64,000 nucleotides of DNA from Elsinoe ampelina (Eukaryota), in assembly GCA_010093995.1 (NCBI GenBank), contig ML992501.1:2421320-2485319 (forward strand), written 5' to 3'. The translations under genes and the position numbers were made by a program. Positions 47,829-61,500 of the stretch are shown here, piece after piece (positions within the stretch are counted from its first letter, which is position 1; the number at the start of each line of letters is the position of its first letter). Under the pieces are notes generated by a model. It ran no database searches and was not told where the DNA came from. It saw only the letters and a program-made list of their open reading frames with translations.

Positions 47829-48345
47829 ATATCACACATTGCAGAAATGTTCAAGAGAGTATTTGATCAGAATACATTGATGCAAAAGATTCTCAGGGAA
47901 GCTCGCTGCCCCTGCAAGCATGTGATGATGCTGTTTCCCTCCCCTGCAGATAGTGTGCCGCTTCTAGTATACAATATCCTTGTCTGCATTTGTAGCACCA
48001 GCAGACCCGATAAGCAAGTACTTGCCCATCCGCCATGTCCGCACCCATCCGAAAGCATCCCATTTTGAACTCCATCATCAGTGCGTGAGCACGTGCGTTT
48101 ATCATTTCGCAGCCAGGTCCGAGAGAAAGTCCCACCAGCAAGAGAGGAAAGTGGATTGAAAGTCTTCGGTACGTCCAGGAGAGATTCAGTCCAGCCGTCC
48201 AGAGTCCGACAAGCCGAGAGCCCAGTAGCAGGTGCTAGTGTCGTGATCCGAAAGAAGAGGGACGTAATTTGACGACGCAACAGCAGCGGCAGCACAGCAA
48301 CGCAAAAGCCAGAGGGAAAGGGGGAATGTACCTCTAAGTCTGATC

Positions 48346-50096
48346 TCAAAGGTGAGGAGTGTCTACAGCCTTCTTCTGTGGCGTGGACTTCTTGCGGGGA
48401 ACGTGCGGGATCGAACCCTTCTCCCTGTCAATGGCCTCAATGATGAGCTTGCGGGACATGTCCATGGGGTGAATCTCGAGCTCGCCAGAAGCCTGGGCGG
48501 TGACCTCGTCGAGCATGGCCAGGAACTCGCGGCCCCACCATTTGCTATTGATCATGTAAGTGCCGAGCTTTCAAAAGCTGCTCGCCCTCTCACCTTGTGT
48601 ATCTGTGGATATAGTTCCACAGGCATTGGTGGCGTTCGCTCTTCTCTGCGTCGTTCATCTGAATGGCTTCTAGCAAGGCATCGGCGAGCTGCCCGGTGTT
48701 CCAGGGGTTGCACACGATGGCACCGCCGGCAAAGCTTTGAGCACACCCAGCGAATTCCGAAAGGACAAGGACACCATGATTCTCGGCCTGGCAGGCGACG
48801 TATTCGTAAGCGACAAGATTCATGCCGTCACGTGTGGAGGACACGAGACATATATCGCTGGCAGCGAAGAGGGCTGTGAGCTCCTCCTGACCGCAGCTGG
48901 TGTGCTTTAGGTGGACGGGATTGAAGTCGATGGTGCCTGCATCTTTGCGTCAGCGAGGATAGACGATCTGTGCGCAGCACTGACCGTAAGTTGCGTTGAT
49001 GAGACCAGCAAGCTCGTTGATTCTACGTTTTAGAGCTTGGTACTCGGGAACGTCCTCACGAGAGGGAACAGCAATCTGCACCAACTTGACCTTGCCAATC
49101 AGCTCGGGATTGGTTTCGAGAAGATACTGGAAGGCATGAAGTTTGTGCGGGATACCCTTGATGTAGTCGAGACGATCACAACCGATGATGGTGGTAACCC
49201 CTTTGAAATGCTCCTGGTAGCGTGCCAGGTACATTTCGGTCTTCGGATCGACCAAGCTCTTAGCAAACTTTTCCGGGTCAATACCTATCGGGAACGAACC
49301 AATAGCAGTCTTGCGGTTGTTGTGTTCGACGAACTTGGTTCCCATTGTTGCTTTGAGAAGCAGGTGGCAGGCGTAGATGAAGTGCTTTGCATAGTCGTGG
49401 GTGTGGAAACCGACCAGGTCGGCAGCTAGCAGGCCCTCTAGCACCAGGACACGACAAGGAAGGTTGCGATACGCCTCCGCGCTTGGAAAGGGCGTATGAA
49501 GGAAGAAGCCAATCTTGATGTTCAGCCCCTTCTCGACAGCCTTCTCCCTTAGGAACAGAGGAAGCAGCATCAGATGATAGTCGTGAACCCAGACTGTGTC
49601 GCCGTCCTCCAACCCACCAACAATGCGCTCGGCGAAGATGTGGTTGACTGTCTCGTACGCTTCATAGTTCGACTGCTCGAAAGTCGCTTCGCCTGGGTGA
49701 TAATGAACCAGAGGCCAGAGAATCTCGTCTGCATAAAGTATCAGCAACAGTGCTTGTGAGAATGAGCTCCCACTCACTTGAGAAGCCGTTGTAGTGCAGA
49801 TCTGCCAGCTTGTCTGGGAGGAAGATTGGACGGGCGTTGTGTTTCTCCTCGAGCTGAGCGGAGACAGCGTTGACCTCTTCCGGAGGGAGCTGCAGACCCG
49901 GCCAGCCATACCACTTGTACTTCCTGTCTTTCAGACAGCCCGCCATACCACTCACGAGACCTCCGGAGGATGCAGTTAAGGTGTAACCTTTGCCCTTCGA
50001 GTCTTTTTTGATGGTGATAGGAAGGCGGTTGGAGACCACTATCAAGCGTGGTTCTGCAGGCTCCTGGGGGTTCTCGGCTTTTTTGTGAGTCTCCAT
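48346..50096 (-). CDS. Trehalose-6-phosphate synthase (GT20), divergent TPS1-like
   Basis: VVSNRLP, SSGGLV, WVHDYHL, FLHTPFPS, DRLDYIKG and RDGMNLV motifs; introns 49729-49777, 48937-48984 and 48545-48593. Confidence 0.9.
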
Positions 50097-51782
50097 GATG
50101 TAATGTGAATTTCGGTGCGTTGCGAGATTGGAGCGTATTCTGAAGGATTGGTGTCGTCGCAATAATGGTAAGAACAAAGGATGGACTTCTGGAGAGCTGT
50201 GTCGAGAGTGCTCGAGACAGAAGATGTCGCGGGATGGATGGTAAATCGAATTGGTCGTCGGAACCAAGTCTGGAAGTGAGGTTGAAGTGCCGCTGGTCAG
50301 TGCAGCTTTTAACCTGTTTCGTATACCACTGTCACATGTCAAAGGCTCCAATGGTCCCTTGTGCAATTTGTCACGGCAGGGACAGTATCAAGAATGAATG
50401 GCTCAGGATGCAGGTCAATGCTCAAGATCAGCAATCTGCAATGTCCCAGGAGATACATGAAACTGCTTTGTTCGAGATCGTGGGCTGTCAGTGGTGGGCG
50501 ACTGGTGGCAAGAGCGAGCAGGGAGGAGTCTAATGAAGCAGGAGCGAACCCACCAAGGGAAAGAGCGACACTCGGACGCTCAGCTTCATTGTCACTTGCA
50601 GCACAATCACACGACACAGAGTCATCTCATTCCATGGCATAGGCATTGATGCCCATCGAGTATGGCACAGTTAGAAGAACAAGCGCCGTCACGAGAGTGG
50701 TTTTCATGTTGTGGCGGGTCTGCTTCTCGACGAGCTCAAAAAACTGTGTTCGATAGTGACACAGGAATGAAATCCGTCGCTCGGGGGTGTCGGGACCTTC
50801 ATGTATGGATGCGCTGACATGTCACACGTGCTGTTACCGCTGAAGAGTGGTACTGTGTGCATGATGTGTCCAACCAGGAGCGCCAGGATGTCGAGCGTCG
50901 GGGAGTGGATCCGACACGGTTAGGGCCAGAGGCTCGGTAAAGTAGATGAGTGGTGTGAAGTGTTTGCTGGCAGTGTTACAGACCGATCACAAAGAATTGT
51001 CAAAGGAAATTGCCAGATGAAGTCAACCTCAACATCCCAACAAAGGATGATTTTATGACTAAGCCTGAGTAGAAGGTCACGTGCATGTTTCGGTGCTTTC
51101 GGCTGTGCGGGCGCGGGCGCGGGCTCGGGCGCAAACTTACTTCAAAGCCCGGAGCCGTGTCCTTCTTCTCCTCTTCTTCCTCTATCTCTCACACTCTCAC
51201 CACGTTTGCACCACAAACTTGTCACATCTTTCTCTTCACCCGTCTTGTGCTCATCAATCTCCTCTGCATTCTCGTAACGTGCAGTAGCGTTGCTTGCGAC
51301 TGCATTAGCAGAAATACGATTACAGAGACTTGCAGATCTTGCTGGCGCCTGGGGGAATCCGGCACGGCCTGGTCAGGTCCAGCCTCTGTTACACACCGAC
51401 AACGCACTACTTGTGATTTGGGAGAAAGAGATCGGCGTGCATTTCAAGGCAATAGCTCTGTTGTGGAAAGAGTTGGGCAAAGGTGCTGAGAGACAATTTT
51501 ACCTCGGTCTGAAGAGTGGAAGAAAAAACAAGTCAAAGACCAAGTTGAGGTCGATCAGAAGAGTCGCTCTACCTAGCCCACCTGAAGAATCACAATAGGA
51601 CTTTCTTTGACCATTGTGTTGTTGTCGGTCCTGCTCTTTCGAAACTAATTCTTACATTCTCGCTTGTCTTTCCGTCTTACTGGCCACGATCAGCGCCACT
51701 GGTCCACAGAGGAGCTCGAATTCGAGTACAATTACTTCAGCATCAATCGTCATCTACCGATCTAGCTCACTCAACCGCCACC

Positions 51783-53748
51783 ATGTCGTCAGCAGTCTTC
51801 TTCCGCTTCAAGTCCCAAAAGCAAGCACAGAAGATACCCTTTGATGGCGCCAGCATCAGCGTCTTTGAACTCAAGCGCGACATTATTAATGCTAGTCGAC
51901 TTGGCGACGGTACTGATTTTGATTTTGCCATCTACCATGAAGATAGCAATGAAGGTTTGTTTTTCATATCCGAATGCAAAATCACGTGACTGACATTGTG
52001 AAGAATATGATGATGACACGACTCTGGTCCCCAAGGGCGTTACTGTCATCGCGAGACGACTGCCCGCTGTCAGACCGGGTGCCGGAAGGGCCGCTCGTTA
52101 TGTATCTGGCAAAGCTCCAATCATGGCCAAGAATCAGCATCGCATAGAATCAACCAAAGGTGGAGCGTTGGCCAAAGGATCCACCACGAACTCGACCATC
52201 CTCGACAATAACGCCAGCGAGGAGGACAGGATTGCTGCCATGTTAAATCAGGGCAGCGAGCAGTGGGAGCAGCAGCAACAGCAAATGGCAAAGTAAGTAC
52301 TGCATACCGACAATACCATGGACTTGTGCTGACAGAGATGCAGTCAAAAAGCCATTCACAGAACAGGCTACGTCAAGCCTCAAGCAGTGCCTGACAAGCC
52401 ACTGCCCGTGGGCTACACTTGCCACCGATGTGGTGAAAAGGGTAAGTCAACATATCTCGGCCCATGCTGCAATGTTGGACTAACAAGTACAGGCCACTGG
52501 ATTCAAGCGTGCCCTACGAACAACGATCCGACCTTTGACAATCGACCAAAGTTCAAGAAGACCACTGGGATCCCACGATCTATGCTCAAGGTGGTGGAAA
52601 AGCCACCGACTGTGGGTGAAGATGGAGCTGTGGATCCAACACAAGTGCCTCAGGGTCTCATGTACACAGCGAACGGAGAGTGGGTTGTGGCAGTCGAAGA
52701 CAGCGCAGCATGGGAGCAGTACAAAGAAAAGGCGAAGGGTGCAGCGGAGAAGGCAGAGGCGGTAAGCAACGATCAGTCCTTGCAGGAATGGGGAATCGAA
52801 TGCCCGATAGACAAGCGGATGCTGGTGGATCCCGTCAAGACTCCTTGCTGTGGAAAGACCTACTGCCGTGAATGCATCGAGAACGCCCTACTATCGAGTG
52901 ACTTTGTCTGTCCTGGTTGTTCTACCGATGGTGTTCTGGTCGACAATCTCATCGAAGACGGAGAAGCTGTTGAGAAAGTCAAAGAGTATGAGACTGCAAA
53001 GAAGGAAAAGATTGAAAAGGCAAAATCTGCCAGTCCTCCACCAGAAGAGGTTTCGACACCTCAGAAAGGGGCCAGCACTCCCGCCGTAAATGGAACACCT
53101 GCCAAGGAGATCAAAGAGCAGACCAAGTCACCATCACAGAAGCCTGCTGCACCAGTCGCGAATGGCACGCCAGCACCGGGTACACCAAAATCAACCAATT
53201 CCTCAACATCCAAGAAGCGACCTGCTGAGGACGAGCTCGAGAACAAGCGCATTCCGACTGGACCCAAAGCCATGGCCAATCAACAGCAGAGGCCAAATCA
53301 GCAAGTACCGCAGAACATGAACGACTTTGTCAACCAAATGAATGCCATGGCTGGGATGCCTCCGATGGGTCCCATGGCTCAGATGGGGCCAATGGGCTTT
53401 AATCCGATGATGAACCCAATGATGGGCATGCCGAACCCGATGATGATGAACGGCATGAATGGCATGAACATGGGCTTCGGGAATATGGGCATGATGAATG
53501 GCAACTTCAACCCCAACATGGGAGGCAATCAGGGATGGCAGCAGGGTGGTGGCCATGGTCGAGGAAGAGGCCGCGGCAATTGGCAGCAGAACAACAATTT
53601 CAACAATGGTAACTTCAACAATCAGCAACAGCAGAACGGAGCAGATGGCGCGTACATGCGTCAACCTGTCAACCCAAACAGGTTCCAGAACAGAAACCGG
53701 AATCAACAACAGAGGTCAGTCGACTACCGAGAGCTGGGGTCTTCTTAG
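51783..53748 (+). CDS. MPE1: Mpe1/RBBP6 (DWNN ubiquitin-like domain, zinc knuckle, RING/U-box)
   Basis: VFFRFKSQK, CHRCGEKGHWIQACP, KTTGIPRS and TPCC.KTYC..CI motifs; three introns. Confidence 0.93.
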
Positions 53749-54479
53749 GGCTTTTGAGGATGTGGCGTCAGCTCGCCGGATGGTATTGAGCTTTACAGCT
53801 CCATTTGCGAGCTCCTTCTGGGATACATTTGTCTTGAATAGCGAGGCGTTGGTGGAGTTTCCGAGACAGCAGATGGGGCTGCATAGTGTATATTCAGCGT
53901 GGCACATGAAGAGGCAAACATGAGTCGAGTCTCTTCTCAGTATAAATTAGCATGCATGAATGAACCCTAGGATACTAAGCCCCTTGACCACATGTTCTGC
54001 AGGTGTGCCTGTCCTTGTGCATATGCAAATGCAGCTGCAAGCCGGCGACATGCATCTTCTATTCGATATTGCAGGTGAAATGCTGCTGCTATCCCGTTGC
54101 GTCGCCTTCCAGAAGCAGGACGCGGCATGGAGAAACGTCGTGCCGTGATTGGTCGAAAAGTCGGGTCGTTGCCCAGGACTTCTCCAATTCTGAGACGATC
54201 CCGCTTTGGCCGTCGGATTCCTTCCTCGACCACCTCGAACCGCAACTCCCTCACTTCGCTTTTCCATCCTGTTCCACAAGGCCACGTCAACGATATATAT
54301 CCACTCCTACGCCCGTCTCACTCGTCCGACCAAATCTGTCATCACCTGCAAGCACTAGGCGACACCGTCGAGCACATTCTGAGCCAACAAAGACTCACAC
54401 AAACCTCTCAAAATCCAAAAGTCTCATTTCCGGCGCCCATCCGTCCAGTCACGCACGCAGCCGTGGCATACCCGAACAA

Positions 54480-55508
54480 ATGGCGATTTTATCCAGTAGT
54501 AATCACCAGAATATGAGTAGTAATTTCGTCAAGAGGAACGCCAGCAGGGCCAACATCCAGGCCAGCGCCTACGCCGTCGACGCCATGACCCAAGACCTCA
54601 AGGGCATGCACTACTCCTCCACCACTAGCGGGGCAGGAGGGGCCGGGTGGTGGGTTTGAGGTAAGCACGGGCATACCTTCACCACCAGCATCACCGCGCC
54701 GATCTGCTGCATCACCTGCTGTATCTCCCACGACTGCCGTCAAGCCGACATCCATCCGTCGTGTCTCGACCGACTCGACCGGGAGCAACAACAGCAGTCT
54801 GAGCAGCAGCAGCAGCAGATACGGCGCCGCGCACACCATCACGGAAGAATGTGAGAGACTCTTCTGCGGGACACTGCGTTCTGTCTTCCTTGGTGAGGGG
54901 AAGACGGAGGAGCAGGACTCGCTTGTGGCGGGTGCGCTTTATTCCCACCGGGACCTCGTCGATGGCAAGACGGGCTCGGTGGCGATCGGGAGGAAGGACT
55001 CTGCGATGCAAAGGACGGGTCCGACGGCACTACCCACACCTCCTTCTAGCTTGACCAGTCAGGAGGTTCAAGTAGGTGGTCCAGTCGGGGAACCAACCTT
55101 TGGTCTCGTGAGAGAGTTCGTCGAGGTCTGGACCTATCACTCCGGTTTGAGGTTCAGGGGTTTCGTCGCAGAAAAGGACGAGGGGAAGGCTCTCTTTGTC
55201 TTCTTCGAAAAGGACGCAGTGGGCAAGGATCTGAAGAAGCCGTACGTCACCCATCCATTCATGCCCCGAAATCCGATCCACTAACATCTCCCAGTCTCAT
55301 GGCGCTCCTCGAACTCGCCGCTTCCCCCGAATTCGACTGCGAGAAACTCGTCGCTTGCCTCGACCGCGAAACCGAAAAGTCAGACCACGACGACCTCGTC
55401 CACGATCTTGGCTGGGTGGGCTTCGAGCCTACCACGCTTGAGCCTTGGACGCCTGGTGCGGTCGATATTACCAGCCCGAGATGGCTGATGTTGAGCATGG
55501 AGGTGTGA
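54480..55508 (+). CDS. OAZ1: Ornithine decarboxylase antizyme, +1 programmed frameshift at 54654-54659
   Basis: ORF1 ends GGG TGG TGG GTT TGA. The +1 frame continues EVSTGIPSPPASP...ITEECERLFC..LRSVFLGE...LMALLELA...LGWVGFE. Intron 55242-55294. Confidence 0.92.
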
Positions 55509-56614
55509 TCCATCATGCTTAATGACTTTGTCTAGGGGACGTTTTTCCATTTCACTTCACGACTGTGTCTACCTGTGGCTAGGGCAAGTTTGGTTGGGGG
55601 CAAAGGGTTTGCTGGTATTTGGCAATCAGCGTGCGTTCTGGTCAGTCTATCGCTGGGAGTCTGCAAAAGCGTTTCTGAAGGGTCGTTGGAACAGGCAAGG
55701 TGTCGGCGTTGATAGTGATCGAATCAAAACATCCCCTCGTCCTCCCTCATCTGCCTCCTCCTCGTGTCGTCATCTTGTGAATGTACAATCTGACCCTAGT
55801 CAAGAAGGCCCTTTCACCCGGACCTTGCAGGATTCATCTCTGTGCCAGTAAACCAGAGGCACCATGGACTGACTGTTCAAGTGGTCATGGCACATGGTGA
55901 ACGAACCACCAGTTCAACAGGACGTCTAGATCCGGGAAGGACATACGGAGACACAGCAGGACGCAGTGCATAACCCACCGGCCAGCCACAAAAACTTCAC
56001 ATCACACACGCACCACCAGCGAGGAGAAATCTAGAAGACATCTTTTTTCATTTCCGCGCGACCCGCCCCCTTTTTTGTCCCAGGGGAAGATCAGCGCACA
56101 TCGTAAAGGGGTCGTTACATCGCACTCTACACTATGCTAGTAGCTACCAAGGAGACAAGATGCGGTTTGCGGTGGGAACCAGGACAAGTGGAAGCTTCCA
56201 CGACATGACCTTGCCCTCAAGGCAGTGGGTGGCGATGAGGACAGGAGACGTAGCGTGACAGGTCGTTGTGCTTGTACAGCTCGTGACATCCGTGCCTCGT
56301 CTCGCCAGATGCCGGGTGCAAGCGGTGGGGACGTATCCTGGTCCAATCGTGGGGGTAAGAATGCTGTCGCGAATGCCAATGCGAACGCTCGTCGAAAGGA
56401 AGTTTTTCTGGTGTGGAAAGGACAGGTGGGAAATGCGGTTCGTTCCGGGTCGTTACATATCCGGCGATAAAGGTAAAGGGAGAAGCTGTCTCCATTGAAG
56501 AAGAAAGTAAGTTCGTGGCGTCATGTCGTCAAAAAGAGAAATCGCTGCAAATATGGCGAGCCTGGCGAAGGCCAGACTCGTGATGTGCTGGAAAATGGAG
56601 GGACCTCGTCGTCA

Positions 56615-58547
56615 TCATCTCTTCTTTTGCGAAACCATTTGTCGTGAAGCGTCTTCGTGAGGGTTCATTCGTTGACGTTTGTAGTTTTGTTCGTCATCGT
56701 CGATTTCGTGGCCGCGCTTGTTCGATGGAGGGAGGCTTGAAGGTGAGGAGTAGTTTTGTGCCTGGTAGCTTCCAGGGTACATGCTGCTGCCATTTGGCAT
56801 ACTTCGGGGGTCGTTCCCGATCGCACTGTACAGATTACTGGCAGGGAGATCGGGTCGTTGAGAAGGGTTGTAAGGAGGGTAGTTGCCAGTAGTGCGAGGA
56901 GTTGCCCGACCTGTGGGCTTGTGCGGCGAGCCAGTCATATCTTGTGATTCCGCGCTGATCGGCGTTTGAATCTGGCCGCCGTAAGCGTAGTTGCCGCGAT
57001 GTTGACCGTATGGTCCGGCAGAGTGTGTGTAGTCATTTTCATGCTCGCCCTCTCCCGCCTCGCTTGATGGAGGATGCTCGTGACCATGTGGAGCATACTT
57101 GTCCTCGCTTTCGTGACCAACTCTCGCAGGTGGACCCATCTCGGTCTTAGCAGCTGGGCTGGACTGGAGAGGGTTGTAGCGAGCAACGCTGCCACCATAC
57201 GCCGAGCTGTAAGATGGATGCGCAGAGTGATATCCTCGTGGAGGCTCGTACGCTCCGCTTGTTTGGTAGCCAGAGATGGAGGAGAGACCGTTGGTGGGTG
57301 GGGAGCTGACCGGGTTGGCAGGCGTGCTGGGAACCGAACGAGTGCCGTTGATTCCAGTGTCGACATGCAGAGGTGCAGACATTGGCCCACTAGTCGTAGG
57401 ACCGTTCTGCCAGTGGTTTGAGTAACCAGAGTCACTCATGCCCAAACTGGAGGTAGGAGCAGTGAAGGTGTGTGCTCTGTCGATACCAGGTCGATTAGAA
57501 GAGTGGGAAGAAGGGTGACCGCTTTGGCCTCCTTGCGAGCTAACGGAGCCAGACATGGAGTGGTGATGTTGAAGCGGTGGTGCTTGAGAAGAGTAAGACG
57601 AGCGCAAGTGATCACTCTCACCCTCCATGGATGTCCGCGTCCTGTCTGTTGTGGCCATGGCAGTACTGATGCCAGGGCGAGCCCCAACGCCTGGCGGGTG
57701 GTAGAGGAGTTGACCAATCTGGTGAACAAACAATGGGTAGAGCTGCTCAGTGATTTTCTCCTTGTTGGCGAAATCCAGCGCCCTCTCAAAAGGAATCCTG
57801 GTACAAGTTAGTGGAAGAATTGGGTGAAATGGTGCTTGCAACTCACCAAACACCTTTTAGGTGCATAGGTCCTATCTTGACAACGTGACGTGTCTTCTCG
57901 CTCTTCAGAATGCCGTCTCGTCGACCACGCGTCATACCAGCGACGTTCAAAAGCTTTGTTCCGTTAATCATGTGGTTATCTTCTCTGCGTGCAACGCAAA
58001 TGCCGCTTGATTCGACCTGGAAGCAAAGGCTGCCTTCGTCTTCCCACAATGTCGCAGTCACGCGAGGCTTCACCCCAGGAGGTGCGACTTGACCAGTCGT
58101 GTCCATCGGTCGATCGCTTTGCGAGTTGTTCGTTGAGGAGCTTGGACCGGTGGTCGTAGCCAGCGATGGCAGCGGGCCGGGGCTCTGATGCATGCCCATG
58201 TGACTGGACATGGGACCACTGGAACTGCTGACCGGAGTCATGGGGGCCATAGCACCGCCAGCATAAGCGCTGTATTGAGGTAACGACATGCCACCATAAG
58301 AAGGAAGTCCCGAAGGTATGGGTGGATGTGTCGAGTAGTTCGAGCTGTAGTAGGATGGCCCTGATGCAGCCGAGCTGACCGAAGAATGCGGGCCGTGACC
58401 CGACACGTGTGGGTGCGAGTCAGGTCCATACTGGCTGTGAGGCATGGATGGTGCATGCATGGACGGCCCGTGATTCATAGTGTGCTGGCCAGCTGCGGCT
58501 GTGTATGCGGAGGTGGCCATTGAGTTCGGAGCAAAAGGATTGCGCAT
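56615..58547 (-). CDS. stuA: APSES transcription factor StuA (start codon uncertain)
   Basis: DTTGQVAPPGVKPRVTATLWEDEGSLCFQV...INGTKLLNVAGMTRGRRDGILKSEK..HLKGVW|IPFERAL; intron 57798-57846. Confidence 0.95.
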
Positions 58548-61500
58548 CAAAGGCCGTCCTTGCAGATCTTGATGTACGCTGTCCTGCCTCTTATGCTCGG
58601 GAACGTCGGAAGGAGGAGTCTTCAACCCCGTGTCGAATGACCCGCCCGTGGAAGACGGGCCACTGATGTTGGAGTTGTGAGATGCCAGAGCGGGCGAACG
58701 TGGGGGTTGAGAGTAGTATACACTGTTCTGTTGATAAGGAACACTGTTGTAGACGTCCGAGACTGGAGCAGCCAGCTTCGCGACTTATGTGTAGGATACC
58801 AGCTTCACTTGTCCTTGCTTTTGACCAGGTACTTGTATAGGTACCTCTCGAAGACCAAGTGGATGTTCGGTGGAGACCGGTGCAGTGCTCGTGAAATAGT
58901 GGTGGTCAGAATGAAGACTTCAACGAATGACCAGACCAGATGTGGAGCAGACGGAAGACAGCAGTACTGGAGCGCGTCTGAGCTAGCAGACAGAAGGTTG
59001 AGGTGGTAGAGGATAGTTTTGAGTGTGCGGGGAGAGTTGTTTGCTTGTTGCCGTTACTGTGACAAGAATTGGAGCAAGCTTTGTGGAAGCTCTCGGAGCT
59101 GCCCAACAGAAGAAGAATGAGTTTCGTGAGTCGGATGGACAGTCGAGTATCTCGTGAGTCGTTACAGGTAGGTGGGTGGTCGTCGAAGCTCCAAGCTGTC
59201 TGAGGTGTACCACGGAGAAGCTGCTCGACAGCGGATCTGACTCGTGACAGGCCGGGATGAATGAAGTGGATGAAGAGGAATATCGTCTCCAAATCAATTC
59301 GATCAATTCAATTCGTCAACAACTCAATGCCCCCGTGGTCGTCAAGAAGTCGTTGCAAGTCGTGCAGTCGTGAGCGGCGTCAATTGTATAGGCGTCTGCG
59401 TTCGTCCAACAGCAACCACAGTACCAGCTGCAAGACAGATTCAGAGTCAGTGGGAAGAACTGCTGTGAGGGACAACGGGATGCATGATGCATCAAGGGGG
59501 TACACGCTTTTTGACGCACCTCGTGTTAGCGCAACGATTGGAAAAAGGAGACGCGCATCAAGCTTCTTCACCTGGCACCGGCGGCGGCGGGGGGGAAGTT
59601 TTTTTGAACAGAACGATGGGCGATGGAAGCTGTCCAACGGTCGGCGGAGGACACAGACACGACACACACGAAGAGGTGGAGAGGCTGGGACGTTGACTAG
59701 CTTCGCGCCGATAAGCAAGCCTAAGCAGTCTCGGAAAGGATGTCCTTTCTGCCCTGGTCGCTCGCTCCTCGCTCCCTTTAGTCAAGGCCCGGAACACCTT
59801 TCTCTGCTGCCAATCAGGCGCGAGTCGATACCCGTCTTTGGGACGGGCGAGGCGCGGACGGGCGAAACGTGCCGGGGGCGATCAGAGAGGAGAGGAGGAG
59901 AGCACAGAGCACGGAGCCTGCAGGGGTTCAGACAAGAGTCAACAATCGGAGGCGATGGATGAGAAATGGAGACCAGGCTTGGGGAATGGGCCCAGCTATT
60001 GCAAGCACGAGCGCAGCAGAATCCGCTGTCTCTGACGATGAGAACCTTAGCACCCTCTTCGACCTCTGGCGCTGCCTATTCGAGATTACAGGGCGCGCCG
60101 CACACACCTTCCCCTACTGCAGCTGTACTTTTGCTGCTGTCAAATGCAAGATGCCATTTCCCGGATGAATAGGGATCAGATCTAGGTCAGGGATCGCAGC
60201 AGCTTGCAGCGGCAGAGCGACATCGTGCAGCGGGCCAGGCAAACCTCCACGCCAGAAACCCAAATCGCCTGCACGACAAGGCGAGGCGAAGACACGGCCC
60301 GAGGCGGCGCATCAAGCCCGGCTTAGCCCGCTGGTGGGCACCTGGGCAGATGAGGTGCAAGGGACCAGAGTGGTTGGGACGGCGAGCGCGACTGTAACAC
60401 GACACAAGATCCCAATAACTCCCACGCTTACGTCGTGGCCGGAGTGATCCCCCTTCAGGCGAGAAATGCGCCAGCAAAAAGACGTTAGAAAAGCCCCCTC
60501 AGTCGCGTCGACCGTTAGCGCCCATGGGGAATGTAGACGCGAGGACCGGACTACGCCTCCACGAATATGTACAGTATCAGCGTGGCTCTTCGCCAGCGCG
60601 ACCAGCTCGACCCGACAGACGACCTTCCGGTACAGTCACAGAGGCGCACGGGATGTTTGTGGTTGACAACAAGGTAGGCTACGGCCTCCAGGCGTTTGTC
60701 TTTGGACCACTCACGCCGCTTGTCCATCCACACACTCTTTCTCAGCATGTCGCTCTTCTACTTCGTGCCGCGGTTGGACCCACAGTGCAATCTATTCCAC
60801 AGCCAATCGGGGTGGATCAGAAGACTGTACAGTCGATCACCGCGCCGGTTCTTTGCAGCTCGCCAACTTCCGAGTGACCCAACTCGTTCTTGAAGAGGTA
60901 GCGGTGTGGAACCTGCCAGCAAATCAAATCCACCATTTGACTGTCGTATGTCATGGATAGCTTGTCAACTGCGGTAGGACGTGTTCCCGAACGTTTGCTC
61001 ACATGCGAATCGCAGTTCACAAAGACAGTCGACGCGAGTCGGTTGGCTACTCGCGGCAGATCGTCGCGACTTCGCTGCAACGTCCTTACTCCTGAAGCCC
61101 TGACGCCTCCAACGCTCGAGCAAAAATTCTGGAGCATCATGCCAATGTTTTTCAATGTGTCTGCGAGGCGGCTGCATAACGGGTGAGTTCGCACGAACCT
61201 TGATCGCTGGATTAGCCAGCATCATCCGGCTTCTTGTGTCCGTCAGCCACGAAAACGAATCGTTGGTCCTCTTTGGCGGCTACTGGGGCTTTGGACGGAT
61301 CGATGCTAGCTCAGTGTCGATCGATTCCCTCGCGCCAAGTTTCGCGAATAGCCTAGGAAAGACGTCTTCTGGCGAAAAGTCCACGCTCGAATCTCGGTGC
61401 GATGTGCTTCTGATGATGATAATGATGTGTGGTTGCACATGAGGCGGCCTACATACAGCAATCATGTCGGCACCACGCTCGACCTGCTTCTGAAACACAA

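Noticed and set aside
47867..48349. 160-aa ORF abutting the TPS1-like stop (possible read-through or extra exon)
   Set aside because: Different frame, non-ATG start, and no recognisable domain or splice support.
51478..51570. TPP riboswitch (GGTG-CTGAGA)
   Set aside because: It lacks the downstream TGAT..AAT..GCG pyrophosphate-binding motifs, and the neighbour is not a thiamine gene.
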